A stretch of DNA of 64,000 bases from Pseudomonadota bacterium (GCA_043825875.1 JBDRRF010000068.1:1-64000); one strand, 5' to 3'; positions 9,856 through 20,928 are shown, counted from the stretch's first letter. Translations and numbers: made by a program. The notes: generated by a model not told the origin, from the sequence alone.

Positions 9856-11223
9856 TTGAAAAAAAACACCAAAACAGTATATACATGCCAGTCCTGTGGA
9901 TATCAGGCCCCCAAATGGCTGGGTAAATGCCCGGACTGTGGCCAGTGGCAAAGCTTTGTTGAAGAATATCAAAATACAAGACCTGCCGGAGTTCCAATAG
10001 ACGGCCTGCTGTCAGTTATGAGAGAGCCGGTTTCTATTGATGATATAGAATTTGAGGGCGAAGAGCGTATTCTAACCGGAATAAGCGAGTTTGACCGGGT
10101 TCTTGGAGGCGGTATTGTTCCAGGAACAATGATTCTTATTGGCGGAGATCCGGGAATAGGCAAATCAACATTGATGTTGCAGGCTTTTTGCAGCCTTGCC
10201 GAAAAAGGCCTTAAAGTCTTATATGTTTCTGGTGAAGAATCGATAAGGCAAATAAGTTTAAGGAGTAAGAGGCTTTCTGCCAAAGCACCCGGACTTCTGG
10301 TTGCATCGGAGATTGATATTGAAGCGATTTTATCTATGGTTGACTCCGCAAAACCCGATGTTCTTGTTATAGATTCGATACAGACTATGTTTTGCCCTGA
10401 TCTTTCTTCTGCTCCGGGAAGTGTAAGCCAGGTAAGAGAATCTGCAATGAAACTCATGCTTTTGGCCAAAAAAACAAACCTGCCCACATTTCTTGTCGGG
10501 CATGTTACAAAAGACGGAGCCATTGCAGGGCCTAAACTTCTCGAGCATATGGTAGATACGGTTTTATATTTTGAGGGTGACCGGAATCATATTTTCAGAA
10601 TTCTAAGATCAGTAAAAAACAGATTCGGTTCAACAAATGAAATAGGTGTGTTTGAGATGAAGGGAAACGGGCTTGATGAAGTTTTAAATCCTTCTGCCGC
10701 TTTTCTATCCGAAAAACCCCTAAGTTCTCCAGGGTCTGTGGTTACAGCCAGCATGGAAGGCACAAGGCCGATTCTCATTGAGCTACAGGCCCTTGCGAGC
10801 AGCACAAATTTTGGTACTCCCAGAAGGACAATTCTGGGTCTTGATAATAACAGAGTGGCATTACTTGCCGCTGTTATGGAAAAAAAACTGGGGATGCACC
10901 TTATGGGCTATGATATTTTTATGAATGTGGCAGGAGGAGTTAAGGTAGATGAACCTGCCGTTGATATGGGAATTATTGCAGCCATTGCCTCAAGCTTTCT
11001 GGATCGCCCTGTATCGGACGGGACGGTAGTTTTGGGTGAGGTAGGTTTGACCGGTGAGGTAAGAGCAATAGGTCATGCCGAAACAAGAGTTGCAGAAATT
11101 CAGAAAATGGGTTTTAAAAGATGTATTTTACCACATAGCAACCTAAAGCGCATAACCGGAATCGGCACAATAGAACTTTCCGGCATTAATAACATCGCAG
11201 AAGCTATGGAGGTTTTGTTTTGA
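9856..11223 (+). CDS. radA: DNA repair protein RadA/Sms
   Basis: C4 zinc finger, GDPGIGKST, KNRFG; start likely TTG 9856. Confidence 0.95.
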   Translation: MKKNTKTVYTCQSCGYQAPKWLGKCPDCGQWQSFVEEYQNTRPAGVPIDGLLSVMREPVSIDDIEFEGEERILTGISEFDRVLGGGIVPGTMILIGGDPGIGKSTLMLQAFCSLAEKGLKVLYVSGEESIRQISLRSKRLSAKAPGLLVASEIDIEAILSMVDSAKPDVLVIDSIQTMFCPDLSSAPGSVSQVRESAMKLMLLAKKTNLPTFLVGHVTKDGAIAGPKLLEHMVDTVLYFEGDRNHIFRILRSVKNRFGSTNEIGVFEMKGNGLDEVLNPSAAFLSEKPLSSPGSVVTASMEGTRPILIELQALASSTNFGTPRRTILGLDNNRVALLAAVMEKKLGMHLMGYDIFMNVAGGVKVDEPAVDMGIIAAIASSFLDRPVSDGTVVLGEVGLTGEVRAIGHAETRVAEIQKMGFKRCILPHSNLKRITGIGTIELSGINNIAEAMEVLF

Positions 11224-11237
11224 ACACAAAAGAAACT

Positions 11238-11297
11238 GTAGAGACGCAATATTTTAGAGACGCAAGATTTTGGAGACGCAAGATTTTGCGTCTCTAC
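11238..11297. repeat. GTAG-type REP palindrome with internal ~16-bp tandem expansion
   Basis: GTAGAGACGCAA...TTGCGTCTCTAC containing three GAGACGCAA(T/G)ATTTT units. Confidence 0.7.
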
Positions 11298-11356
11298 AGA
11301 TATTACCTCTTTGTAAATATTCGTCTTTTCTTGACTTGGAAAGTACATAAGAGTAT

Positions 11357-11959
11357 ATGAAGCGTTTATCCCCTAAGGCAAACAAATGGGAAGATCATTA
11401 TTCCCGCCTGGCTAAAAAGGAAAATTATCCTGCAAGATCGGTTTATAAACTACAGGAAATTCAAAGCAGGTATAAGCTAATAAAAAAAGGGGGCAGGGTT
11501 CTTGATCTGGGCTGTTATCCCGGTTCCTGGACTGTTTATGCTTCTTCTCTTGTAGGCGAAAAGGGAATTATAGTAGGAGTCGACTTAAAAAAGCTTGAAA
11601 CAAATAATTTATCTAATGTCATAGCTTATCAAGCAGATATCCTTGACATAGATGACAAAACTCTTTTAGCAATAGGAAAAGATTTTGATGTTATAATAAG
11701 CGATATGGCACCTGCTACTACTGGAAACAAAAGTGTGGATGCTGTAAGGTCTTATGATTTATGTGTAGCGGCATTAGAAATAGCAACAAAAGTTCTTTTG
11801 TATAATGGTGCATTTTTATGTAAAATATTTCAGGGGGAAGATTTTAATAATTTTTTGGAAATGGTAAAAGCTGTATTTAAGTCTTATAAAATTTTTAAAC
11901 CGCAGAGCAGTCGTAAATCCAGCAAGGAAATTTATATAATCGGTTTGGGCAAAAAATAG
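11357..11959 (+). CDS. rlmE: 23S rRNA U2552 2'-O-methyltransferase RlmE
   Basis: 'YPARSVYKL', 'DLGCYPGSW', 'SDMAP', 'SRKSSKEIY'. Confidence 0.92.
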   Translation: MKRLSPKANKWEDHYSRLAKKENYPARSVYKLQEIQSRYKLIKKGGRVLDLGCYPGSWTVYASSLVGEKGIIVGVDLKKLETNNLSNVIAYQADILDIDDKTLLAIGKDFDVIISDMAPATTGNKSVDAVRSYDLCVAALEIATKVLLYNGAFLCKIFQGEDFNNFLEMVKAVFKSYKIFKPQSSRKSSKEIYIIGLGKK

Positions 11960-11968
11960 GAGGTTTGT

Positions 11969-12706
11969 ATGTCAGGTCACAGCAAGTGGTCTTCCATAAA
12001 GCACAAAAAAGGCGCGGCAGATGCAAAGCGTGGGAAAACATTTACTAAGATTATAAAAGAAATTACGGTTGCAGCACGAATGGGGGGAGGAGGCGATCCT
12101 AATTCAAACCCGAGACTAAGAACGGCAATGCTTGCTGCAAAGGCAGAAAACATGCCCAAGGAAAACATCGAAAGAGCCATTAAAAAAGGCACGGGCGAAC
12201 TTGAAGGCGTAAGTTATGAAGAAATCACTTACGAAGGATATGGCCCATCCGGAGCAGCGGTTTTGGTTGAATCTTTGACGGACAATAAAAACAGGACGGT
12301 TGCAGATATACGCCATATTTTCAGCAAAAGCGGCGGAAATCTTGGTGAGAACGGTTGCGTGGGCTGGATGTTTGAAAAAAAGGGGTATATTACTGTATCA
12401 AAAGAAAAAGTGAGCGAAGAAACTATTATGGAAATCGCACTTGAAGCAGGTGCGGAAGATATAAGAGAAGATGTTGAAGTATTCGAAATTATCACTGGCA
12501 CGGATGATTTTGAATCGGTAAAATCTGCCTTAGATAATGCTTCTATCATTTGTGAGGAGTCGGAAATAACCATGCTTCCCAAAACCACAACAAATCTTGA
12601 AGGTAAAGATGCGGAAAAAATGATAAGACTTATGGAAACTTTGGAAGACTCTGACGATGTCCAAAAAGTATACACAAATGCGGATATCCCGGAAGACATG
12701 ACATGA
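11969..12706 (+). CDS. yebC: YebC/PmpR family protein
   Basis: '[14 protein letters not shown]', 'YEGYGP'. Confidence 0.95.
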   Translation: MSGHSKWSSIKHKKGAADAKRGKTFTKIIKEITVAARMGGGGDPNSNPRLRTAMLAAKAENMPKENIERAIKKGTGELEGVSYEEITYEGYGPSGAAVLVESLTDNKNRTVADIRHIFSKSGGNLGENGCVGWMFEKKGYITVSKEKVSEETIMEIALEAGAEDIREDVEVFEIITGTDDFESVKSALDNASIICEESEITMLPKTTTNLEGKDAEKMIRLMETLEDSDDVQKVYTNADIPEDMT

Positions 12707-12755
12707 GACCTCGGTGTAATAGCTAATTGACTATTATTTCTTAAGGACATTTCCC

Positions 12756-13811
12756 ATGCTTAAAACAGGAATAATCAAAGATTCTCTTTATCTTGAACAT
12801 ATCGCAGATGATTATCATCCCGAAAGTCATCACCGGCTTGAAACAATTTATGAAATGCTTAACGAAAAAGATATGGCGGGAAAGTTTGTCGATATAAAAC
12901 CGCGCGATGCCACAAGAGAAGAGCTGGGATATATACACACGCCCGAATACATTTCAAGAGTGGCTTCTACTAAAACAAGGTCAAGAGTAATGCTTGATCC
13001 AGATACTTATACTTCTCCAAGATCATGGGAGGCGGCTTCCCGTGCTGCCGGCGGTTTTCTGGAGCTGATAGATAAATTGATGCAAAATAAGATTGACAAC
13101 GGATTTGCTTTGGTAAGACCTCCGGGTCACCATGCAGAGTACGATCGGGCTATGGGTTTTTGTCTGTTTAATAATGTTGCCATCGGAGCAAAATACGCTA
13201 TCGAAAAATATCATCTGGAGCGTATTCTTATAATAGACTGGGATATTCATCACGGCAATGGAACCCAGCGATCTTTTTATGATGACCCAAAGGTACTCTA
13301 TTTTTCTACTCACCAATACCCCTACTATCCGGGAACAGGCGATTTGAATGAGTTCGGAGATGGTAAAGGAGAAGGGTTTAATATAAATGTACCCCTTTCA
13401 CCAGGTGCTGGTGATGATGAATATGCCGAAATTTTTTTAGATATTTTAAAGCCGATTACCCTGGAATACAAGCCTCAGTTAATACTGGTTTCTGCGGGAT
13501 TTGACACTTACTTTGATGACCCGCTTGGAGGAATGAGAGTTACCCCCCAAGGTTTTGCCCGCCTTGCAAAAATTATATTAGAGCTTGCAGAAAGAACGTG
13601 TGAAGGAAAAGCGCTTTTCATACTGGAGGGCGGTTACAACCTTAATGGCCTTCGTGACTCGGTAAAGGCTGTATTGATAGAGCTTCTGGGCGAAAATAGT
13701 CTTTTTAAAGGAAGATCTTTGCTTGATGAAAAAATCGATAGTAATGCAATATCCTCAAGGATCAAACAGGTCAAAACTGCTATTAAGCCTTTTTGGTCCG
13801 ATATTATTTAA
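12756..13811 (+). CDS. Histone deacetylase family protein (class II-like)
   Basis: HPE, RPPGHHA, GFCLFNN, DWDIHHGNGTQ, LEGGY. Confidence 0.92.
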   Translation: MLKTGIIKDSLYLEHIADDYHPESHHRLETIYEMLNEKDMAGKFVDIKPRDATREELGYIHTPEYISRVASTKTRSRVMLDPDTYTSPRSWEAASRAAGGFLELIDKLMQNKIDNGFALVRPPGHHAEYDRAMGFCLFNNVAIGAKYAIEKYHLERILIIDWDIHHGNGTQRSFYDDPKVLYFSTHQYPYYPGTGDLNEFGDGKGEGFNINVPLSPGAGDDEYAEIFLDILKPITLEYKPQLILVSAGFDTYFDDPLGGMRVTPQGFARLAKIILELAERTCEGKALFILEGGYNLNGLRDSVKAVLIELLGENSLFKGRSLLDEKIDSNAISSRIKQVKTAIKPFWSDII

Positions 13812-14146
13812 AGATTTTGTAAAAAGCTCCTAAACCGTTATGCAGTATAACCACATTTGGAATTTACCTGAAACCAAAAAGCGTAAACCATGTACCCGGT
13901 CTAAAATGCAATCGATGTTATAGTTGCACACTACTCTCAAATTCTCCCTTAGAAATAATGCCAAATGGCAATACAATAAATAAATGTGGGGATAGGGATT
14001 AATTTGTTTCATGTTTGATATTCTCCGGATATTGTTTTACAAGATGTTTCGTAAGTCCTGTAACAGTATGAATATAATTGATATCAGGGTTATACTCATA
14101 AATAGCATCATTACCAAAGTTGGAGTAAGCACAAAAGGAAGCAGTA

Positions 14147-15187
14147 ATGGCTAATGTTTCAAGGAAATGGGAAACCGTTTATAAAGATATTCGTTCTATA
14201 CTTGATAAGGCACGCTCGGAATCAATACGTGCTGTCAATTTTGCAATGGTTCAGGCTTATTGGAATATCGGGAGAGTAATTGTTGAAGAAGAACAGAGAG
14301 GTAAAAAGAGAGCGGATTACGGCAAGGCCCTTTTACAGGAAATATCAAACAGATTAACTGCGGATTACGGAAAAGGATTTACAGTAACAAATCTTAAATA
14401 TATGCGGCAGTTTTATACCTCCTTTCCAATAGGTCACGCGCTGCGTGGCGAATTGTCCTGAACTCATTATCGGTTACTTTTGAAATTGGAAAAGCCTGAG
14501 GCCCGCGAATTTTACATGCAAGAAGCAATTAACAGCAACTGGAGCACGAGAGAAATGGAAAGACAAATTAACTCGATGCTTTATGAACGTATAGCCATGA
14601 GCAAAGATAAGCAAGGTTTGCTACAATTATCAAAAAAAGGTCAAGTAATTCAAAAGCCTGATGATCTTGTAAAAGATCCTTACGTCCTTGAATTTTTAGG
14701 ATTGGAGAAACACGAAAGAGTTTTGGAAAAGGAGCTGGAGCAAGCCCTTATCAATCATTTGCAATCTTTTCTCCTGGAACTTGGCAGAGGTTTTTCTTTT
14801 GTAGCACGCCAGCAGCGAATTACTTTGAAAGGCGACCATTTCTATATTGATCTGGTGTTCTATAAACGCTTGACTAAGAGCTTTGTTCTTATCGACCTGA
14901 AAATCGGCAAACTAACTCATCAGGATATCGGACAGATGCAAATGTATGTGAATTATTATCACAGAACGCAGATGATCGAAGGGGAAAATTCTCCTATAGG
15001 TATTATCCTTTGCGCCGAAAAAAATAACGCTGTCGTCCGCTTCACACTTCCGGAAAATCAGCAACAGATTTTTGTTTCTAGATATATCAATTACATTCCT
15101 ACGGAAGAAGAATTGCGAAATGAAATTATGCGTGAGAAAAAAATGATAGAGATGGAACTGAAACTTGAGAAGGATGATCATGAATAA
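14147..15187 (+). pseudogene. YhcG/DUF1016 PD-(D/E)XK nuclease family gene with in-frame TGA at 14459-14461
   Basis: Two in-frame ORFs join as 'ELS*THYRLL' (family LSWSHY-type motif); C-part has KDPY, LELGRGF, GQMQMY. Confidence 0.85.
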
Positions 15188-15201
15188 GGCGATAATTTTT
15201 T

Positions 15202-16782
15202 ATGAATACTGACAACTCAATATACAGCCCAAAACCATCTTCAGGTTTAATTTCAGCTTTGATGAATCCGGGTATATACGATCATGCTGTAAATGACTGT
15301 CATCTGATCGAAACGCATGCCTCCTGGATTATCCTCACAGGAGATTTTGCTTATAAAATCAAAAAGCCTGTTAACCTGGGTTTTCTTGATTTTTCTACCC
15401 TTGAAAAAAGGCATTTGCTTTGTAAAGAAGAATTGCGCTTAAACCAAAGACTTGCGCCGCAAATGTATCTGGAGCTTATTACTATTACAGGTACAGCGGA
15501 AAAACCTGTTTTAAACGGAACCGGAAAGCCGATTGAGTTTGCTGTAAAAATGCTTCAGTTTCCGCAGGAAGTACAACTTGATCGCATGCTGGCAAGAGGT
15601 GAAATCGGAACTTCTCATATTGATGCCATTGCCCGATTAGTTGCTGATTTTCACAAAACGACAATGGTTGCCTCAAAAGACAGTACCTACGGTGACCTGG
15701 AACACATCAGAAAACCTGTTGAAAATAATTTTATTCAAATTAATAAAAATACAAAAAAGGCTGAACATCCTCTGATCCATGAATTAGAAGTCTGGTGTAA
15801 ATCCTTTTTTGATAAGCTTAAGCCTGTTTTTATAAAGCGCAAAGCCGAAGGATTTATCCGGGAATGCCACGGAGATATGCATTTAAGAAATATTGCCTGG
15901 TTAAATAATACTCCTGTAGTATTTGATTGCATAGAATTTGATCCGGACCTTAGGTGGATTGATGTGATAAGTGAGATTGCATTTCTTGTCATGGATTTTG
16001 AGGCACGTAAGCATCCTCAACTATCAAGGCGCTTTTTGAACGCTTACCTGGAAGAAAGCGGAGATTATGCAGGTGTTAGGGTTTTGCCATTTTATCTGGT
16101 TTACAGAGCGCTTGTGCGTGCCAAAATAGCATCGATACGGGCCGGGCAACAGGATATCAGCGAAGAAGAAAAAGCAGAAGCCGAAAAAGAGTTTTTCAAT
16201 TATATGCAACTTGCAAAGAGTTGTTCCAAAATAGCTTCTCCTAAACTTATAATCACCCGCGGACTGTCGGCATCCGGCAAAAGCACGATAACTTTGCAGC
16301 TGCTTGAGCAAATGGATGCAATACGCATACGTTCCGATGTTGAACGCAAAAGAATTTTTGGAATAAGCCGGAAAGAAAGCAGCAAGACAACTTACTGTGA
16401 AAATATATATAGTCCTGAGGCGATAAAAAAGACTTATGATAAACTTGCAGGACTTGCAGAAAAGATATTGGATGCCGGTTATCCGGTGATTATTGATGCG
16501 GCATTTCTAAAATTTGAAGAACGCGGGAAATTTAGAAAATTGGCGGAAGCAAAGAAAGTGCCATTTATCATTCTCGAATTCTTAACCACACACGATACTT
16601 TACGTTGGCGTATCACAAAGCGTGAAAAAAATGTATCTGATGCCGACCTTTCAGTATTGGAACACCAGATTGCGAAATGGCAGCCGCTTGGCGAAAGAGA
16701 AAAAGATCGAGCAATTACTATAGATACCGAAACTCCTGTTGATATCATGCTGCTTGAAGAAAAGGTAAGGGACTTTTATTAA
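15202..16782 (+). CDS. Aminoglycoside-phosphotransferase-like domain fused to P-loop (AAA_33/gluconokinase-like) domain
   Basis: 'IETHASW', 'ECHGDMHLRNI', 'FDCIEF', C-terminal GLSASGKST. Confidence 0.88.
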   Translation: MNTDNSIYSPKPSSGLISALMNPGIYDHAVNDCHLIETHASWIILTGDFAYKIKKPVNLGFLDFSTLEKRHLLCKEELRLNQRLAPQMYLELITITGTAEKPVLNGTGKPIEFAVKMLQFPQEVQLDRMLARGEIGTSHIDAIARLVADFHKTTMVASKDSTYGDLEHIRKPVENNFIQINKNTKKAEHPLIHELEVWCKSFFDKLKPVFIKRKAEGFIRECHGDMHLRNIAWLNNTPVVFDCIEFDPDLRWIDVISEIAFLVMDFEARKHPQLSRRFLNAYLEESGDYAGVRVLPFYLVYRALVRAKIASIRAGQQDISEEEKAEAEKEFFNYMQLAKSCSKIASPKLIITRGLSASGKSTITLQLLEQMDAIRIRSDVERKRIFGISRKESSKTTYCENIYSPEAIKKTYDKLAGLAEKILDAGYPVIIDAAFLKFEERGKFRKLAEAKKVPFIILEFLTTHDTLRWRITKREKNVSDADLSVLEHQIAKWQPLGEREKDRAITIDTETPVDIMLLEEKVRDFY

Positions 16783-16868
16783 AGCTTGTATTTTTTGAAT
16801 GGATTTCGAACAGCTCCCAGAGTAATAAAGTATTCTAAACGCTGTAATTCTCCAGAGGTAAATTTCAA

Positions 16869-18635
16869 CTATTCCATCGCTCCAGCTTTAATAAGCAATT
16901 CTTCAATCTCTTTCTGATCATCAAAAGAAGTATGCATTAAGGCAGTCCGGCCATCTTTATCCTTTGCATTGATATCAGCACCCTTTGCCAGCAGCTCCTG
17001 CACAATCTCACGGTGGCCCTTCTCGGCAGCGTACATTAATGCAGTCTTGCCGTCTTTATTATAAGCATTGACATTGACACCTTTTGTTAGCAATTCTTGC
17101 ACTACCCTACTGTAACCACGAAAAGAGGCGGCCATCAATGCTGTGATTCCATTTTTGTCATTGGTATTATTTACATCAGCACCCTTTTCAAGCAACTCCT
17201 TTACAATTTCAGAATGACCATACTGGGAAGCAGCCATCAACGCGGTCCAGCCATTTTCTTCGTGCTTTGCGTTGACATCAGCACCGTTTGCTGTCAGCTC
17301 TTGCATAATTACAAAGTTACCTTTAGAACAAGCATGCATCAATGCTGTCTCACCGAATTCATTCTTTGTATTGGGCTCGGCACCCTTCGATAGTAAAGCA
17401 CGTACAATCTCAATGTGCCCATCTGAAGAAGCTGCCATCAATGCTGTCCAGCCATGTTCATACTTAGCATTGGTATCAGCACCGTTTTCCAGTAGCTCCT
17501 TCACAACCTCTAAATAGCCATTAGATGAAGCTGCCGTTAATGAGGTTGAACCATCTTTATATTTTGAGTCGATATCGGCACCTTGTGACAGCAGTTTCTT
17601 CACAATCTCAAGATGACCCTTCTTGGAAGCATGCATCAATGCAGTTGAGCCGTTTGTATTCTTGCAATTGATATCAGCGCCATTTGCCAACAGTTTCTGT
17701 ACAATCTCATAATGGCCAATCAAAGAAGCAGCCATTAATGCAGTATTGCCATCTTTGTCTTTGGCATTTATATCAGCACCCTTTAAAAGCAGGTCCTGAA
17801 CAATCTCAAGGTAACCATTTAGAGAGGCAACCATTAATGCTGTCCAACCATCTTTGTACTTTGCATTGACATCAGCTCCATTTGCAAGCAACTCTTGTAC
17901 AATCTCACGTTTACCCTTCAAAGAAGCCTCCAACAGAACAGCCGCAGGGTCTTTGCCCTTGACATTCACATCCGCTTTTGCCTTTATTAGTAAATCTTTA
18001 ATCTCAGGGTCCTTTACAACTCTCAAAGCGGTCATTCCGTTATTATCTTTTGCATTGACATCAGCACCATTAGCCAGCAGTATTTGAACAATATTAATGT
18101 GCCCACATGAAGAGGCAATCATTAATGCGGTTATGCCATCTTTACTCTTGCTATTGGCAGTAACGCCCTTCGATAGCAATGTCTGCACAATATCAAAGTG
18201 CCCTTTATAAGAAGCATCCATTAATGCGTTCATACAATTTTTGCTCTCGTTATTGATCTCAGCACCCCTTGCTATCAACTCCTGCAGAATATCAAGGTGA
18301 CCTCCAAAAGATGCTGCTCTCAATACAGTCCAACCATGCTCGCTCTCGGCATTCACATCAGCGCCTTTTGCAAGCAGCTCCAGCACAATCTCACGGTGGC
18401 CCTTCTCGGCAGCATACATTAATGCAGTCTTGCCGTCCTTATCCTTGATGTTGACATCGGCTCCCTCTGAGATAAGCCGTGTAACTTCAGTCAGGTCAAC
18501 ATTTCCTGCTGCTTTGACCAGATCTTCGTTCACTCCGGCAAGAGCAATCGCTGACCCCCAAATTGTAATAACTATTATCAATACTGTTGTTTTGATTTTA
18601 GTATCCATCAACCAATTTCTATTAATTGAATCCAT
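16869..18635 (-). CDS. Secreted ankyrin-repeat protein (~17 repeats)
   Basis: Signal-like hydrophobic stretch, then repeated G.TALM.A...GH.EIV..LL..GADVN. Confidence 0.95.
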   Translation of the reverse strand: MDSINRNWLMDTKIKTTVLIIVITIWGSAIALAGVNEDLVKAAGNVDLTEVTRLISEGADVNIKDKDGKTALMYAAEKGHREIVLELLAKGADVNAESEHGWTVLRAASFGGHLDILQELIARGAEINNESKNCMNALMDASYKGHFDIVQTLLSKGVTANSKSKDGITALMIASSCGHINIVQILLANGADVNAKDNNGMTALRVVKDPEIKDLLIKAKADVNVKGKDPAAVLLEASLKGKREIVQELLANGADVNAKYKDGWTALMVASLNGYLEIVQDLLLKGADINAKDKDGNTALMAASLIGHYEIVQKLLANGADINCKNTNGSTALMHASKKGHLEIVKKLLSQGADIDSKYKDGSTSLTAASSNGYLEVVKELLENGADTNAKYEHGWTALMAASSDGHIEIVRALLSKGAEPNTKNEFGETALMHACSKGNFVIMQELTANGADVNAKHEENGWTALMAASQYGHSEIVKELLEKGADVNNTNDKNGITALMAASFRGYSRVVQELLTKGVNVNAYNKDGKTALMYAAEKGHREIVQELLAKGADINAKDKDGRTALMHTSFDDQKEIEELLIKAGAME

Positions 18636-18669
18636 TGTTATCCTTCTTTATAGTTATTGAAAGTCAGAT

Positions 18670-18708
18670 ATCCAGCCACTTCTATCAATCTGAAGTGGCT
18701 GGTTGGAT
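18670..18708. terminator. Hairpin between flotillin and ankyrin genes
   Basis: CCAGCCACTTC-9 nt-GAAGTGGCTGG. Confidence 0.45.
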
Positions 18709-18743
18709 AGTTTTCTATAAACAAAAAAGGTAATAGCAGATAC

Positions 18744-20333
18744 TTATTCGTTTACGGTTTCGCCGGAATCAGTTCCTTCCTGAGATACTTTCGGTGCAAC
18801 AGATACTGTTGACGCAACTTTGTCCTGAGCAATTTCGCCAAGATATTTTGGTAGTTCAATTCCGGCCATACCGGCTACTTCGTGCAATGGCGGCAGACTT
18901 TTAATCAGTCCTGAAAGAAAGTTTGCGGTTGCAGTGCCGTCTTTTCCACCTCCGGCAGAATCCCATACAGTAACCTTGTCGATTTTTATATTGCGTATAG
19001 CTTCTACCTGCAATTGTACAATCTGTTCTATTTTTTCTGTCATTAGAAGAGTGGCTGCCGCTTTGGCATCACCATTACAGCCTTTAACCAGGTTAAAATA
19101 ACCTACTGCCTTACTTTCAAGAACCTTACGTATACCTTCAGACTCCGCCTGATATTTAAGGAGGATTGCATCTGCCTGACCTTTTGCCTCACGACGGGTT
19201 TTTTCGGCTTCTGCTTCAGCGGCAATCTCAACTTTTTTCTTATTAATTTCCTGGCGCACAACCTCTTCAGCATTGAGCCTTTCCTGTTCAGCCTTATATT
19301 GGGCTTTTTGAATCTCAACTTGAGCCTCTCGACGCGCAACTTCGCCAAGTTTTAAGGCAGCTGCCTGTTTTACAGCCAGCTCTGCGTTGGTGTCTGCAAT
19401 ATCGGCTTTGGCGCGGTTTTCACCATCTACTGCAAGTGCTTCCTGTTCCTGAACGAAAATCCGCCTATCAGCCTCGGCCTTTTTTTGGCCTTTCGCCGAT
19501 TCAGCCACATTTTCAGCAACTTTGATATCCTGGTCCCGGTTGGCTGCCGCTTCACCGATTGTGGCGCCTGCTTCCTGTTGTTGCACAAAAACACGCTGGT
19601 CAGCCTCAGCCTTTTTCTTTCCTTTCTCCGACTCGGCCACGTTCTCCGCCACCCGGATTTCCTTCACTTTAGTCGCTTCGGCCTCACCAATAGCGCCCAG
19701 CTTTTCCTGTTCGGCAACATCAACCTTGGCCTGGTTAATCGCCTCGGAGGCTGCTTTTTTTCCAATAGAATCGATATACCCCGACTCATCGGTAATATCG
19801 GTGATGTTAACATTAATCAGAAACAGGCCGATTTTATTCAGCTCAGGAGTAACATTTTTTCGAATCGATTCCAAAAAACTTTCACGATCCTGATTGATCT
19901 GCTCGATTGTTAAAGAAGCTACGGTAAGACGTAACTGGCCAAAGATGATCTCTTTTGCCATCTCTTCGATTTCTCCTTGAGAGAGATGCAACAAACGTTC
20001 AGCAGCAGAAGTCATGACTTCCGGTTCGGTACTGATACCAACCGTAAAAGTGGATGGAACGTTTATGCGGATATTCTGTAATGAAAGGGCCTTTTGCAAA
20101 GGAATGCTGATAGTCATCGGCGTCAAACTAATGTAAGCATAATCCTGAATTAACGGCCAGATGAGCGAGCCGCCACCGTGAATACAATTAGCCGATTGCC
20201 CTACACCAACCTTGCCATAGACTACAAGAATCTTGTCCGATGGACAACGTTTATACCGGGAAGAAAGAAAGACGATAGTAGTTACAACCAGAATAAGGAA
20301 CGCAACAATGGGAAGAATCCAAAAATCGAACAT
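18744..20333 (-). CDS. Flotillin/SPFH family protein
   Basis: N-terminal TM, SPFH domain, long AEA-rich coiled coil, 'IKIDKVTVWD'. Confidence 0.92.
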   Translation of the reverse strand: MFDFWILPIVAFLILVVTTIVFLSSRYKRCPSDKILVVYGKVGVGQSANCIHGGGSLIWPLIQDYAYISLTPMTISIPLQKALSLQNIRINVPSTFTVGISTEPEVMTSAAERLLHLSQGEIEEMAKEIIFGQLRLTVASLTIEQINQDRESFLESIRKNVTPELNKIGLFLINVNITDITDESGYIDSIGKKAASEAINQAKVDVAEQEKLGAIGEAEATKVKEIRVAENVAESEKGKKKAEADQRVFVQQQEAGATIGEAAANRDQDIKVAENVAESAKGQKKAEADRRIFVQEQEALAVDGENRAKADIADTNAELAVKQAAALKLGEVARREAQVEIQKAQYKAEQERLNAEEVVRQEINKKKVEIAAEAEAEKTRREAKGQADAILLKYQAESEGIRKVLESKAVGYFNLVKGCNGDAKAAATLLMTEKIEQIVQLQVEAIRNIKIDKVTVWDSAGGGKDGTATANFLSGLIKSLPPLHEVAGMAGIELPKYLGEIAQDKVASTVSVAPKVSQEGTDSGETVNE

Positions 20334-20346
20334 AATGACTCCTTTC

Positions 20347-20928
20347 TTAGTTAATTGTTTCCACAACCATGATATTAGCATTCACCTGAACCACTCGCAC
20401 TGGGGTACCAGTCGGCAACTCAGCCCCGTTTTTTTCAATAGCATCGAATTCACGAAGGCGGTTTTTGAAATTAATGCTAACCCGCCCGACACCTCCTTTG
20501 GGAATATTGGTGTACACGGTTCCCATGCTGTCTACTGCATCAGAAGTTTTTAAAGTACCGCTTGATTGCAAATTTGCAGCGCCCTTGAAGAGTTTGCCGA
20601 TAACCCACACTGAACCCATACCGGCTGCAACAGCTCCTAAAATGGATATGATAACTCCCACCTGACTCTGCCGATAGAGGGCAAGACCGACCAGACCAAA
20701 CATCATAAAAAAAGCAGATAATCCCTGCAAGGAAATCATCCGAAAACCGATATCGGAATCCGGGTGCTCTGAATCAATACTAAAATCATGATCCCCTCCG
20801 ACATCTGCATCAGTATCTCCGCCAACAAATTGCATAATTAGTTTCATAAAAACGAAAAAACCGCCAATAATGGCACAAATCAGGAAAAATATCTCAAGAC
20901 CGTTAAAATCCGAAAAAGCATTTGCCAT
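20347..20928 (-). CDS. NfeD-like (YqiJ-type) membrane partner of flotillin
   Basis: TM helices plus C-terminal OB-fold 'GTVYTNIP..G.G.V...'; start ATG 20928 after AGGAG. Confidence 0.85.
   Translation of the reverse strand: MANAFSDFNGLEIFFLICAIIGGFFVFMKLIMQFVGGDTDADVGGDHDFSIDSEHPDSDIGFRMISLQGLSAFFMMFGLVGLALYRQSQVGVIISILGAVAAGMGSVWVIGKLFKGAANLQSSGTLKTSDAVDSMGTVYTNIPKGGVGRVSINFKNRLREFDAIEKNGAELPTGTPVRVVQVNANIMVVETIN

Noticed and set aside
11238..11297. CRISPR array
   Set aside because: Units are adjacent with no spacers, form a REP hairpin, and no cas genes are present.
13830..14012. 60-aa ORF between HDAC and DUF1016
   Set aside because: No recognisable features; cannot be supported.
14459..14461. 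Selenocysteine or recoded TGA in DUF1016
   Set aside because: The position corresponds to Trp, not Cys, and many intact genes here end in TGA.
16978..18443. DGR template/variable repeat pair in the ankyrin gene
   Set aside because: Mismatches are not adenine-specific, both copies are coding, and there is no reverse transcriptase in the window.
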